DNA from: Eledone cirrhosa
Lineage: Eukaryota
Reading direction: 5' to 3'
Length of the DNA: 64,000 bases
Assembly (NCBI GenBank): GCA_964016885.1
Contig: OZ024743.1
Location: 86,056,001 to 86,120,000 of the forward strand
Below are positions 33,388-45,715 of the stretch, in pieces. The notes beneath the pieces are model-generated. The model was not told the origin of the DNA and did not search any database. It saw only the letters and a program-made list of their open reading frames with translations. How positions within the stretch are numbered: the stretch's first letter is position 1; every line of letters begins with the position of its first letter. The position numbers were made by a program, and so were the translations under genes.

Positions 33388-34000
33388 CCCTTTTGTTACC
33401 ATATTTCTAATGAAATACACCACCTATTATTTTCATATCATTTTGAGACTAATTTTCTATCTTAAAAAAGGTTCTTACATAAAATTATAATGGAATGTTT
33501 TCAGTTAGAAATGTGGGAGAAGGACAGAGTTGATGAAATCTATTGATTCTGGAAGAATGAAAGAAAAGGTTGACAAATACCGCAACATTTCATTCAACAC
33601 AATATCAATTCTGCCATTGTTGTTTTCAGATAAATATAAACACTTTAAAATACAGTTGTGTATCATAGAACCAGAGATAGTTTGATATCATAGAACCAGA
33701 AGTAGTTTGATATAGAACCAGAGGCAGTTTGATATCATAGAACCAGAGGCAGTTTGATATCATAGAACCAGAGGCAGTTTGATATCATAGAACCGGAGAT
33801 AGTTTGATATCATAGAACCAGAGGCAGTTTGATATAGAACCAGAGGTAGTTTGTTATCATAGAACCAGGGGTAGTTTGTTATCATAGAACCAGAGGTAGT
33901 TTGTTATCATAGAACCAGAGGTAGTTTGTTATCATAGAACCAGGGGTAGTTTGTTATCATAGAACCAGAGGTAGTTTCTGGCAGTTTAGTATCAAAAGGA
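33388..34000. mobile_element. piggyBac-type MITE family 2 with internal 23-bp tandem array (33661-33978)
   Basis: TTAA|CCCTTTTGTTAC...GTATCAAAAGGA|TTAA; unit tatcatagaaccagaggtagtttgt about 14 times. Confidence 0.8.
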
Positions 34001-35068
34001 TTAAAAGACTTCCTATAAGTATTCAATAAGTTTGGTAGCCATTTAACTTGTCACAGCTGACTTTTCCTGTAACAGAAATTGAACTCCAGTTTACAAATTA
34101 ATCAAAAATACTTCTTACTTCTGTAACATTGCTGCTTCTTCTTAAAGTAGAGAAATATACCACCTAGAGACAACAAAGGAGCCTCTACATGGATGCTCAT
34201 TTTACTACAAATAGTAGCCAAATCTCCTTCAAATCATACCCTTCTATGGTGATCATACTGGTACTACGACCAATCCACCCTGTAAGGGGATCATACTGGA
34301 CTGATACCACAATAAAAAGCACCTAATCTATCTTGTAAGGTGGTTGTACTAGTGCCATGATAAAAAGCCCCCAGTCCACCCAGTAAGTTGGTGGTGTTTG
34401 TGCCACAAAAAAAATCCAAGCCATAGAAACCAAGCCTCAAATGGATTATATGAGCAAGACATGGTTCCATGACCTGTCTAGTCATATAATATGACAACCC
34501 CTCAAATCCATGCAAACTTGGAAAATAGATGTTAAACAGTGATGAAGAACATTTTTTGAGTCAGAGAGGGAAGGCAGAAACTCTACATGGACACTCACCT
34601 TGCTGGAAATAGTAGCCAAAGTTCCTTCAAATCCTACCCTACCATTTTCTAAAAATAGGTAAAACATTTTTTATTAGTCAGGGTGGGATGAAGTTCCACA
34701 TATGTGGTCATTCTGCTGGAAATAGCAACCAAGTTTTCTTCAAATCATAACTTACTGTTTAATAAAAAATAAAAAAAGAAGTACATTTCTTTTAGTCAGG
34801 GAGAGAAGAAGGAAGGAAACTACCCTTAAACCAGGGGTCTAACCCTAATGCTTGCAACAGATTGGACTCCAATAAAAGTACCCAAGGATCTAGTGGTGAT
34901 TTTAAAATGGGTGAGGGATTAAATCTACCACCAAAGTAAACCACAGCAGCATTTGAACTTCAAATACAAAGAACTGGAACAAATATGGTAAGGCATCTCA
35001 TTGTCCACTTTAAGAATTCTGTCAGCCCACCACCCTGGATTGTTACTTTATTTTATCAACCTCTTTAA

Positions 35069-35270
35069 CCCATTAGCATTTAAATTGGCCAGAATTCTCT
35101 CACCTCTTTCTGTTCAAACCAGCTGTAACTGGCCACTCATAATAATGTTATGGTATGGTTCTCAAAATAAATAATATCAAAATCTCATAGATTTGATATT
35201 ATGTGAGGTAAAGCCTTTACCGTGAAAATAAATACAATAGTAAATACAGAGTAATGTAAATGCTAAAAGG
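35069..35270 (-). mobile_element. piggyBac-type MITE family 1, inverted
   Basis: TTAA flanks at 35065 and 35271. Confidence 0.85.
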
Positions 35271-35913
35271 TTAAAGCAGGAAAGTCAAAGCTAATTTGAT
35301 AATATAGTTTTAGATATACTTTCCTCCTCCTCATTTAATGTCTGTTTTACCTGTAGGCAAGGGTTGCACAGCTTGTTACCGACCAAGTCAGTACTTAATC
35401 AGCCACTATAATGGGCCAAGGTGTGGCATCTTGTTTACATATGTTCCCACATTTTACAGAGTGTACAGGGTGCATTTTATCATGGCATTAGGCGAGTTGC
35501 TGAGCACTGGTAGAGTGTAAGAATGAATATAAACAAGGTGCAGGTTCCTGGCCCTTCAGTGCAGTCAATGGGGACAATAGCTCTGCTTGAATACCAACTT
35601 AGTCTGCTGATGATCCACCCAACCCTTGCTAGCAAGGAAAGTAGACATTAAACAATGATGAAGGTCAATAAAACACAGGAAACTTACTTTTAGAAGATAT
35701 GCCATTTAATCAAGTTTTTTGTTTTTGGTTAGTGGACTGTGGCCATACTGGGGCAATGCCTTCAATATTTGACTGAAGTTTCTTTCATCTATGTCAGAAG
35801 GACGAAAAGTAAGCTGAATTGATGTGGGATTTGAACTTAGAATATGAAGAGATATAACCTGATACAACCAGATATTTAGTCTGACTTGCTACCATCCACT
35901 GTAATTGTTGATG

Positions 35914-36070
35914 CAATAAGAAACATCCACGTGGTTACTTGACCTGGTAGAAATAACAGTCAATAAGAAACCTCTACGTGGTTACTTGACCTGGTAAAAA
36001 CAACAGCCAATAAGAAACCTCTACGTAGTTATTTGACCTGGTAGAAATAACAGCCAAATTGCCTCAAATC
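35914..36070. repeat. About 47-bp tandem repeat x3 from a dispersed repeat family
   Basis: caataagaaacctctacgtggttacttgacctggtagaaataacagc; related single copies near 34180, 34580 and 34700. Confidence 0.8.
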
Positions 36071-36829
36071 AGTACACATTTGTTAATGTAATTGTAGAGA
36101 CAACAAACAAGAAGCATTTTAATGTTATTTTCCCTGCTAAAGCAGGCTCCATGAGGAGCTTCTCCATTTTCCTTTTTTATCAACTCTTTTGCTATGTCCT
36201 CTATTACCTTTCATATTCATCACTTCCCCCATTCACATGACCCAACCATCTCATTCCACTTCTGTTCACAACAATCATCATTGTCTCTTCCTATCACCCT
36301 GTCACTTTCATCCTTCCTCAACACATGACCCAACCATCTCATTCCACTTCTGTTCACAGCATTCATCATTGTCTCTATTCCTCTCACCAAATCACTTTCA
36401 TCCTTCCTCAACACATGACCCAACCATCTCATTTTATTTCTCTTCACAACATTCATTACTGACTCTATTCCCATCATCCTCTGCTATCCATTGTTTGTCT
36501 TTCACTTTCTCAGCAATAATCCACTCATCCACTGGACCATTCTTTCTGTTCTTTCCAGCTTTCTATGCTGTCTGAATATCTTAGAGAATGCCAAGATGTT
36601 ATAAATAACAGCCAAATTTCTCTCAAATCACAAACTTTACTCCTTCGTAAATGTTTTTCTGCAAAATTTCATTTTAAAATATACATAATCAATAAGTTTA
36701 CCATAATTTTTAAGCTTTAAACCGGGTGACTTTGATTTTTTAAATTAGAAGTAATGATATTTTATATATAATAAAGAAGTGCTTTTATAACCTATTTCTC
36801 AATCTTCCTGTTCCATGATGATAAACCCT

Positions 36830-37558
36830 TCATCTGGGATGCGACTTCCTGTTCCACGATGATAAACCCTTCATTTGAGATACATGCTGCAATGAAAATC
36901 AGTGCTGCGAAAACTGAGACACTCGTCCTCTCAAGGAAGCCTGCTCAGTGCACTCTACATGTGAATGGAGTTCCAGTGAAGCAAGTGGAGAAGTTCAAGT
37001 ATCTCGGGGCCTTGTTCACAAGTGATGGAAGGCAGGAGGCTGAATTAAGTGCAAGAATTGCAAAAGCTGGAGCAGTAATGTGCCAGCTCCAGCATTCAGT
37101 AATCAGAAGAAGGGAGTAGGTGTAAAAGCCAAACTCACTTGGTAGTCATGCCAACACATACCTATGGTCATGAATCTTGGGTAATGATTGAAAGAATATG
37201 ATTACGAATACAAGTGGCTGAAATAGGGTTCCTCTGAAGGGTCTTTGGTGTGTAGCTTGGAGATCAGAGAGTCACTCCAGGTGGAGCCACTACTTCTCTG
37301 AATTGGGAGATACTATGGGTGTGTGGTTAGAATGTTTCAGGAAAGAATTGCTGGACAGATTTTACAGGTGAAACCAACAGGTAGGAGATCAGGGGTAGAC
37401 CCCGATCAAGGTGGTTGGATAATATCCATGAGCTTGGTTTGGTCTTGCTTGGGGATCCAACCAAATCAGTTGGAGATGGTTGCTTCTGACAGGACCAACT
37501 GGAAGGAGTTTTTGAGGAGTCTGCCTCCACAACCCTCTTAGGAATAAGTGAGTGAAGA
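36830..37558 (+). mobile_element. RTE LINE RT/C-terminal fragment (family A), pseudogenised
   Basis: MKISAAKTETLV...VKQVEKFKYLGALFTSDGR...ARIAKA; internal stops. Confidence 0.9.
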
Positions 37559-37949
37559 ATATATATATAATATCACTTTGATAGGTTTCAGCCAGTAATG
37601 GCCCAGACAATGTCTAACTGAATAGCACCACCTGGCAAAGTGTTTCAAACCATGATTCACACCTCAGTCATGTTTGGACACCATGGCTCACCTAAGTAAA
37701 GAGTTATTATTTTCTGAGTTATATGCAGGTGTTGGAGGCTTATCCAGAATTTCTTGGAGGAATTTATCCAAAAACATTTTGAATTTTACGGGATCTGTTT
37801 CTGTTTTTATGTGTTTTGGTGTCATGTTAAAGAGAGCGGGAACAGTTAAAGTGAAATAATTGCGTAATGGTGTTATGAGATACGAGTTTGATTTTTGTTA
37901 TGGGCGGATAGCATGGGGTCCAAGCCTTAGATGTACTGTAAAGATGATG

Positions 37950-38445
37950 ATCACATCATTTGGGCAATGCTGATGGAATAGTTTCCACATCATGCAGAGG
38001 ATGTAGTGCTCATGACAGCATTAGAGAGAGTAGAGTTTGTGCTATTCTAGTCAACACCAATAGTCAGGGTCTGTCATGCCATCTATCTTTTTTGTAATTG
38101 ACCTTTGAGGTGCTTCAATTTTCATAATACTTTGTTTCGTGTGAGGAGACTACAGTGGACAACAGTATTCAAGTTGCGGTCAGGCAAATGTAGAGAAGAG
38201 AAGGATATCTCTTGACTGGAAAGTTCTGAGACCAGAAACACATCCTGCGGGCCAAGTCAACTTTGTTGTTTATATGAGTTGCTCTGCTTAGAGTCTTATC
38301 AACAATTACTCCCAGGTCTCTTATGTTGTTGGATGCCACAAGAGTTTCACTTGAGGGAAGAGAATATGACAGTTTCAGTGTATCCTCTTTTCCAAAGTGG
38401 ATTAGTTCAAATTTATCCTTGTTCAGTAGCATAGGTTTTTTTCCG
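37950..38445 (-). mobile_element. CR1/L2-group LINE fragment
   Basis: LNKDKFELIHFG...NIRDLGVIVDKTLS..HIN. Confidence 0.8.
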
Positions 38446-39029
38446 CTCATTGGATAACAGCAAGTAGATCTGATTGAAGGTTTAGTGGTGCTAGACCCAG
38501 TGAGTACCACCGGAATCTAACCACTAAATTTAATAAAGAAAAGAGGATAGGAGATTTTCCTACAAATTTGTATCTCGTGTGAGTCATCTCTCACTACAAA
38601 AGGTAATGATTAAAGCATAACAATTTCTCAACTGAATATCAAAGGTAACTTGATTTATTTGTAGTCCATATTACAAAAGTGTAGTAAACAAATGTCTACG
38701 TAGCATTTTGAGATATAGTCCAGAACCATGAGGTGTGATTCGAAGAATGTTATCATGCTTGTGCTTGATGCTGTCAGCTTGAGAAGAAACCGCCAGAAAG
38801 AGAGTATACCTTTGGCGTAACCATGCCTGGCCTTACTAAGCCAGGCTGCCAAGAGGTGAAAAGAGAGAAAGATAGCTTTGAGCTCCCTCTTTTATATTTC
38901 CCTGGACGGAAGTTACAAGGAAGGTTCTGGAATTTCAACGGGAAGTAACTCCAGCTACTTCCCTTGTCTAGAGAGCGCTACAAAGGCATGTCCCATTCCG
39001 TTGACGACCTTCTGGAGCTTCGAATTATT

Positions 39030-39720
39030 TGTGAAGATTCTTATGTTACTGTGCTTGATGACGTCAAAAATCTCATTGGTATAAATCATAAAGAGAGGTG
39101 GGCCTACAAGGTGCCTTGTGAACGCCACTACTGACTTTGGTTGAGCTTGATTGTATTCCTTTGACTACAACATGTTGGGCTCTCTTTGTCAGGAAACACT
39201 TGATCCATTGCAGTAACTTTCCAGGGACACCAATGTTGAATAGTTTTTTTCAACAGGATGTGAGCAACCCTGTCAACGGCCTTGCTGAAATCAGGGTATA
39301 TGACATCAGCTCTCCCAAAGCTCTTAAAATGTCATCAAAGTGATGCAGGAGCTGCGTTAGGCAGTCCTTCCCTTTACAGAATCCATATTGGTTGGAGTTC
39401 AGCAGATTGTTGCTTTCAAGAAAGTAAGTTATTCATGATCTCACCACTCTCTCAAATACCTAAATGAGATCGGACGATAATTCACTGCAAGGGACTTGTT
39501 TCCCTTTTTGAAAACTAGGACAGAAAGTTTTCAGGGATGTATCCAGCGTCCAATGAATTCCTCCACAGATTGGCTAAAAGAGATGCAAGTTACTGTCAAC
39601 ACACCTTCAGGACACAAGCAGGGAACCTATTGGGGCCTACTGTTGAGTTGTGTATAATTTAATTTATTGCTGCTAAGGCCTCAGGGGTGGCAAACGTTAT
39701 GTCAGATATAGTGTGTTGGG
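39030..39720 (-). mobile_element. CR1/L2-group LINE RT fragment
   Basis: Minus strand reads as a degenerate RT (VIYPDFSKAVDRV..., SGVxQG..LFMI). Confidence 0.7.
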
Positions 39721-39879
39721 GATTAACATCACTGATACAGCCTAGGTCACCCATCGTTTAGCATACATGCTTCATTTCTTTCCACTCTTTGTAGGTCCTT
39801 TGCACGCAGCACCCAGGTCCTACTAACATGCAGCATTGCTGTTTGTATGCATGCATCATACAGTCTGCCTTTCATTTCT

Positions 39880-40600
39880 GAATGTACTGGCCAAACATTC
39901 GCTGGAGGCTGGCTTACACATCAACATCTCCAAAACAACATGTATGACAACTGATGAAAACAATGCCAATCTCCAACTCACAATCTACAACCAGCAAATT
40001 GCTCAAGTTACGGAGTTTGTATATCTCGGTCACAAACTATCATCAAACAACAATGGAATGGTTGCTGTGCAGTATCACATTGCCCTAGGTTGGGCAGCTT
40101 TCAACAAGAACAAGGAAATTCTAACATCAAAACGAGTTTCCTATCATTTGAAGGCTAAGATCTTTCATACTTACATCCTACCAGTTGTGTTATATAGTCT
40201 TGACTGTGTTAATTGAAAGACAAGGTCACTTCAGAAGCTCTCTACATTCCAGAACCATATCATGAGACTTATGACTGGCAAGCGGCTCAGTGACCGTATC
40301 TGTATCAGTGAGCTGCTCAACACGACCAAACTTAGACCAATTACATCAATTGTCAAGTCAAGAGTACTCAAACTATACAGTCATATAAAAAGATCAACTC
40401 GTGGTGTGAGTAGGTTATACCTGGAAAGAAGGTTGGCTGGTAAGAGAAGCAGAGGCCAGAGGCCAAAACGATAGCTTGACAAAGTCAACTTATGGACTGG
40501 ACTTAATCTTTGCTCTTTGAACTCTGAGGAGAGTGATATCTTATGTTGATGTGCAGTCTGCAACTCGTGGAGTTTAGTGTCACAAGAAGTGTGTGATTGT
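39880..40600 (+). mobile_element. RTE-clade LINE fragment (family C)
   Basis: GLHINISKT...QVTEFVYLGH...ALGWAAF...ILPVVLYSLDC...GKRSRGQRPKR. Confidence 0.85.
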
Positions 40601-41165
40601 AAACACCTGACCATTTTCCTAACTTTAACACAGCCACTTAATGAAAATCCCGTGTTTGATTAGAATAAACGAACCTTGAAAATTAGGAGTGCCTGCATTT
40701 GTATCATTCTGTATCACTATGTATTTTTCTCTAAGTATAGTTTTTTCAAAGAATTCCCATTTTTGAAATCCATCAGCCAATGACCTCCACTCATCCAAAT
40801 CACCACCTTCCCCTACCACCAGAAAATGTATAAGCACCACCATAACACATTGACAATCGGCTTTCCTAATGATTTCCTTCGAATAAAACACCTCTAGTCT
40901 TGTAGAAGCCATTTCTACATTAAATATTTATACTCTGCTATGTATTGAGTACCTTATTGTGGTTACCCCTGATTGAACCCGGGATAAACACACACACACA
41001 CATACATTCATTATATATATATATATATAAACAATGAGTTACATGCTTGTTGATAAGTATTCAACAGAGTTATGTTCATAATGAAGCACTCTACAAATAA
41101 ATTTTATCTGGAGTATTATAATATTAACAATAGTAATAAATGTAAAATATCACTATAGCATCATA

Positions 41166-41224
41166 TTTATTTTATACATATTTCAAGGAAACTAAATTAT
41201 AGTATGCGTTCATCAGATAAGTTA
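41166..41224 (-). ncRNA. Degenerate hammerhead motif of the 11.5-kb family
   Basis: Minus strand ttat-CUGAUGA-acgcatacta/tagtttcctt-GAAA-tatgta-UA; gggtatgtca upstream as in the other copies. Confidence 0.6.
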
Positions 41225-41637
41225 CAATATTTGAAGTATAAGATAGTGACATACCCAAAATATAGACCTCAACTGTCAAATTACATTGGGTATGTGAATT
41301 AAAATCTCAAAATTTCTTAGGATGTAAATTAGTAGGGATATAGTAAACAAATAAAAATACTGTTATGATAGATGCTTGAAAGTAAAAAAAAAATAACGTA
41401 GTTATAATTGGTCATAAAAAGACTGTTAGAGGAGATATATCTCCTTATAATATATAACCAGCAATTTCTCTGTCTGTCTGTCTGTCCGACAGTGGAAACA
41501 CGTGCGTGCATGCTTGCGAATGTTTTTTGCGCATGCGTAGAGAGAGAGTGAAAGAAAGAGACAGACTACAAGAGGGGGATAGCGGGAGGGAGAGAGGGGG
41601 GGAATTGAGGAGTGCTACAGAAACATATATACATTTC

Positions 41638-41676
<39 letters not shown>

Positions 41677-41970
41677 TACACACACAGAAATGTATATATA
41701 TTTCTGTGTGTATATATATATTACACACACACAAATGTATATACATCCCTTAGCTACTGTACTGTATCTGTTGCTATCTCTCTCCAGCTATCCCTCTCTT
41801 TTAATCTGTCTGTTTCTCTCACTCTCACTCTTTCTCTTTGTAACACACTAACATTCCTCCCCTCTATCGCTGTGACGAATGGGGAGATGGAGGAGGAGAG
41901 AGTCACTTCGTCACTTCACCTCTGCCTTTCTTTCTCTCCCCTCTCACTCCCTCATTACGTACAGACATTA

Positions 41971-42160
41971 GGGCGGTAGATTGGCAGAATCTGTAGAGAG
42001 TCGGACACCATGCTTCATAGCATGGAGTTACATCCCTTTACGGTCTGAGTTCAAATACCGCCGAGGTTAACTTTGCCTTTCATCCTCACAGGGTCGATAA
42101 AATAAAGTACCAGTAATGTACTGAGTATTTGCTGGCCTTGTGCCAAAAGTAGAAACAATT
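41971..42160 (+). mobile_element. tRNA-derived SINE family 2 (central domain gcctttcatcct..gggtcgataaaataaagtaccag)
   Basis: B box gagttcaaat plus conserved central motif. Young copies at about 47395-47590, 47865-48055, 49850-49955, 55725-55840 and 56810-56990(-); many older copies (5745, 7190, 12850, 18200, 26390, 31000-31440). Confidence 0.8.
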
Positions 42161-42885
42161 ATTAGAAACATTGCTTCATTTTTACATATCTAAGCATTAG
42201 TAAAATAACTAATAATTTCAAAAGTAATTTTTCAATTCCAATTGTTATGAACAGCAAAACATTAATAATAATTTTGTTCTAAGAAATATATATACATTTC
42301 TGTGTGTGTAATATATATATATATACACACACAGAAATATATATATATATATACACATAGAAATATATATACATTTCTGTGTGTGTAATATATATATATA
42401 TATACACACACAGAAATATATATACATTTCTGTGTGAGTAATATATATATATATACACACACAGAAATATATGGGCATTTCTCTGTTTGTCTGTCTGTCC
42501 TTCCCTAAAACTCAAATGTAGGTGCTACAGAAATATTACCTTCCCCTTCCTTTCTCCACTTTGGTACTACCAAGAGAAACACTGTCGCTATAGAAACATT
42601 ACCTTCCCCTCTCCACTGACTTTGGTCACTGAGGCCGAGGGAATCGCTGGTTGCTATAGAGACACCTTGCACAAGCCAGAAGTAACCAGTTCAAGGCGGT
42701 TCTGACTTGACACTATGCCAAGTCTACTTATAATATATAATGGGCATTTCTCTGTTTGTTTGTCTGTCTGGCCGTCTGTAAAAAATGCCAAGGAAACAAA
42801 TAGACGCGGTTTCAAATCTTTATGCTTTTCAAATTCATTACATTAATCTTTATTTATACGTTTCGCTTTACGAGTGTTTCGGCTT

Positions 42886-43222
42886 ATCATCATCATCATT
42901 TTACGTCCGCTTTTCCCTGCTTGCAAAGGTGGGACGGGAACTGATTCTGGCTTGATTTCTACAGCTGGATGCCCTTCCTAACACCAACCTCATTTACAGT
43001 GAGTGCTGGGTGCTTTTTTGCCGTGGCACCTCCACGACCACTTTGCAGTGGAATGATAGGGACCCCAGTCGCTATCATCTCATTTCTACAGCTGAGTAAA
43101 CTGGAGCAATGTGAAATAAAGTGTCTTGCTCAAGGAAACAACACATCACCCGGTCTGAGAATTGAACTCACAACCTTTCGATTGCAAGGCCAATGCTCTA
43201 ACTACTAAGCTATGTGCCTCCA
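42886..43222 (-). mobile_element. CORE-type SINE
   Basis: Same family as 2323-2719. Confidence 0.9.
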
Positions 43223-43545
43223 TAAAGTTATCATATATAAACGTTTCTATTTCCATCGTTTTATCGTAAAGGTTTATATATTTCCATCGTTATATCATAA
43301 CGTTTATGTATCATAACATTTATATTTCCGTCACTAATCTCTTTTTCTCCTTTTTCGTTTTAACATATATTTATTTCAAAGATTTCACCGTATAGATAAC
43401 ATATATATTTATACATGCATAAAAGACACACCGAGAGACGGTGAACATGTGGTGCCGAAAACATTTCTCATCTAAATCTCAACAATATCAGTATATACAC
43501 TAGATTTGCTAGCAGAAAACCGCCCACCGGGTGGTTTTCTGCTAG

Positions 43546-44713
43546 TCTATATATATATAAAACTGTAGTTGTCTGTGTGTGTGTCCTCATTTTTGCAAAG
43601 TCTATACAAATCCATATTTCTACTCCGATTGACTTCAAACTTGCATTTATATATCCCTTGCGGTCTAAAGATATTAACTGCAGCTTTTATTTTTCAATTT
43701 TCTGTTGTTAAAGGGGTGTTAGGCGCGGGTTATCCATCTCCGTTATGCTCTTATAATATCTGTCTGTATGCCTAGCTGTCTGCATTACAACATTCTGACG
43801 AACAATGATGACGTATTATGTTCACTATTTTCTGTTCATTGCCAGGGAACGTCTTCACGAACCAAAGTATTGTCTTCCTGTTTTCCTTTGGTTACAACGT
43901 TTTTCGAAATACTTACTTCTGCATTCACAGATTGATTTTTTTAGTGTCAGAAGATCCCGTTAAGGGTGAAAGCAGTGATTCTTTGCTTAAACTTTAATCT
44001 GTTATTTTAATATATAATATAAGCGAGGCAAGTCAGCCCAGTTGCACTTCTTGCCAATAAACATTAACCCTTTGTGTGCCATTCATCTAACTGTAGACCA
44101 ACAAATACCAACTAAATGGAACATTGACAAGAACGATGGCGAATGAATCTTCGAGGAAGCAGTTTCCTCCCGAGCTGTTAGTTCACGTAGGATTCTCTGC
44201 TACACCTTTTTGTAATAATACCGAACAATGTACTGCTGGTCACTCCTTCCTCCAAAAGCCATACAAAGCGGACATGTGCATTGGGTAGATGGATCGGGTG
44301 CAAATCTACACCAGGCCTACGTGAGAAATTCGCAAGGAACTGCACCGAGAGGGATAGAGAGAAAGAGTAACTTAGTGGAAAGAGTGTGAATGAACTTTTG
44401 AGGTAATTAGCCTACGCCTTACTGCTATGACACTGGAACCTTCTGCCAACTTAACCTGTGACTTTCTCTTTCACATTTACTCCAAAAGGCCAAAACAGAA
44501 GAGTATAGAAAGAAGGGGCTCAACAATATTTCTATGAACAATGCATGTAGACAGCTAAACTGTACTTTCAACTTCTTAATTTTCTCCAAATAAAACAAGT
44601 TTCCTGTCAGTATATTTTCGTGAATTTTTAACAGGCACTCACAAATAAACGTTTCTCATTGGAGGTGCTATTACCAATGTTCTTACCCGTGCAACGCCGG
44701 GATACACTGCTAG
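43546..44713 (+). mobile_element. Non-autonomous Helitron
   Basis: 5' TCtatatatatataaaa; 3' hairpin cccgtgcaacgccggg about 10 nt before CTAG|T; no TSD. Confidence 0.82.
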
Positions 44714-45079
44714 TATATATATATAAATATCTACAACCATATCTGTGTATATAGAACAATACATATACACACGCACATCTTCTATTTTAATGTTAGGAAG
44801 AATATTTATAATTGGTTATATAAAAGATTGTTAGAGAGTAATATATTTAACTATATACGTATATATGGTTAAATATATGGATATATACCTATGTGTACAA
44901 CTTATAATCTAATTTTATGAAAAATATATGAACAATTATCCATGTACTAATAATTATTTTTATATAGAGCATATAAATAAATTTACAGTAGAATAACATA
45001 ACAAATATGTTTTAAATATATACATAAATGAAAGATATAAAAGCTTAATTTATTCACAATAATTGATTTAAATATATAT

Positions 45080-45715
45080 ATAAATAACATTACAAATGCT
45101 TAGATAACATTATAAATATAATATTAAAGAAAATGTAAAGGAAGGGGTGAACAACTGAGCCAACACCAGAGCAGAAGACAGCAATGTCACGAGGAGTATC
45201 GGGCAACCTCTCTAATGATTTTTGAGGCAAGCCAGCACACTCGCAGTGTTGCCTTGGGTGATGGCGAGGCTAATGCGCTGGAACAAACAAGCGCCCTCGC
45301 GAGATTTGCTAGTTACCTCTATTAGGCGAGCCACCAGTGAAGAGAGGAACCTTGCAGTCAGCGGCCCGACTCCCCCCAAACGTCTCGAAAGCCACAGGCT
45401 GAAAAATGTAGCTGGCCGACAGATCACAGTATTTGAGGGTCTTACTCCGCTCGACTGCAGAAGCTGTGGCTCTCGTCCTAACCGCAGCATCCAGGATGTG
45501 GGAAAGAGCAAAAGAGTCACTAACAGTGATGTCCCAGACAAGGCACCTGCCTCTTGACCAGTGGCACAGGGTAAGGCCGTCAGGTCTTTTGCCGTCACTT
45601 CTGGACAACCCAGATGGTTCCAAGATTGAGGGGATGTTCGCCTGGGCCAAAGCTCTCTTCAGAATGAGGTTTAGCTCCATGTGACGCGTGAAGCGACTGG
45701 CATTCAGGCAGCAAG
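45080..45715 (-). mobile_element. CRE-like non-LTR retrotransposon 3' end (restriction-like endonuclease domain)
   Basis: RH..LN..LKRAL..A.IPSILEPSGLSRSDGKRPDGLT..WSRGRCLVWDITVSD...KTLKY...FQPVAFETFGG. Confidence 0.82.

Larger units (their letters stand above)
41440..43545 (+). mobile_element. Two head-to-tail non-autonomous Helitron-like units (41440-42722, 42723-43545) with nested SINEs
   Basis: 5' TC..ttataatatataa..(tgtc)n starts; the second unit ends in a hairpin plus CTAG. Confidence 0.55.

Noticed and set aside
36640-36800. NFRKB polyadenylation site
   Set aside because: Several AATAAA candidates downstream of the stop in AT-rich DNA; cannot choose without 3'-end data.
37622-37640. 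CTCF-like motif (also near 58842-58852)
   Set aside because: Short matches expected by chance; no supporting evidence.
16734-43208. Recurrent 79-aa ORF MPFLTPTSFTVSAGCFFAVAPP...
   Set aside because: Antisense reading of the young SINE; it recurs because the copies are near identical.
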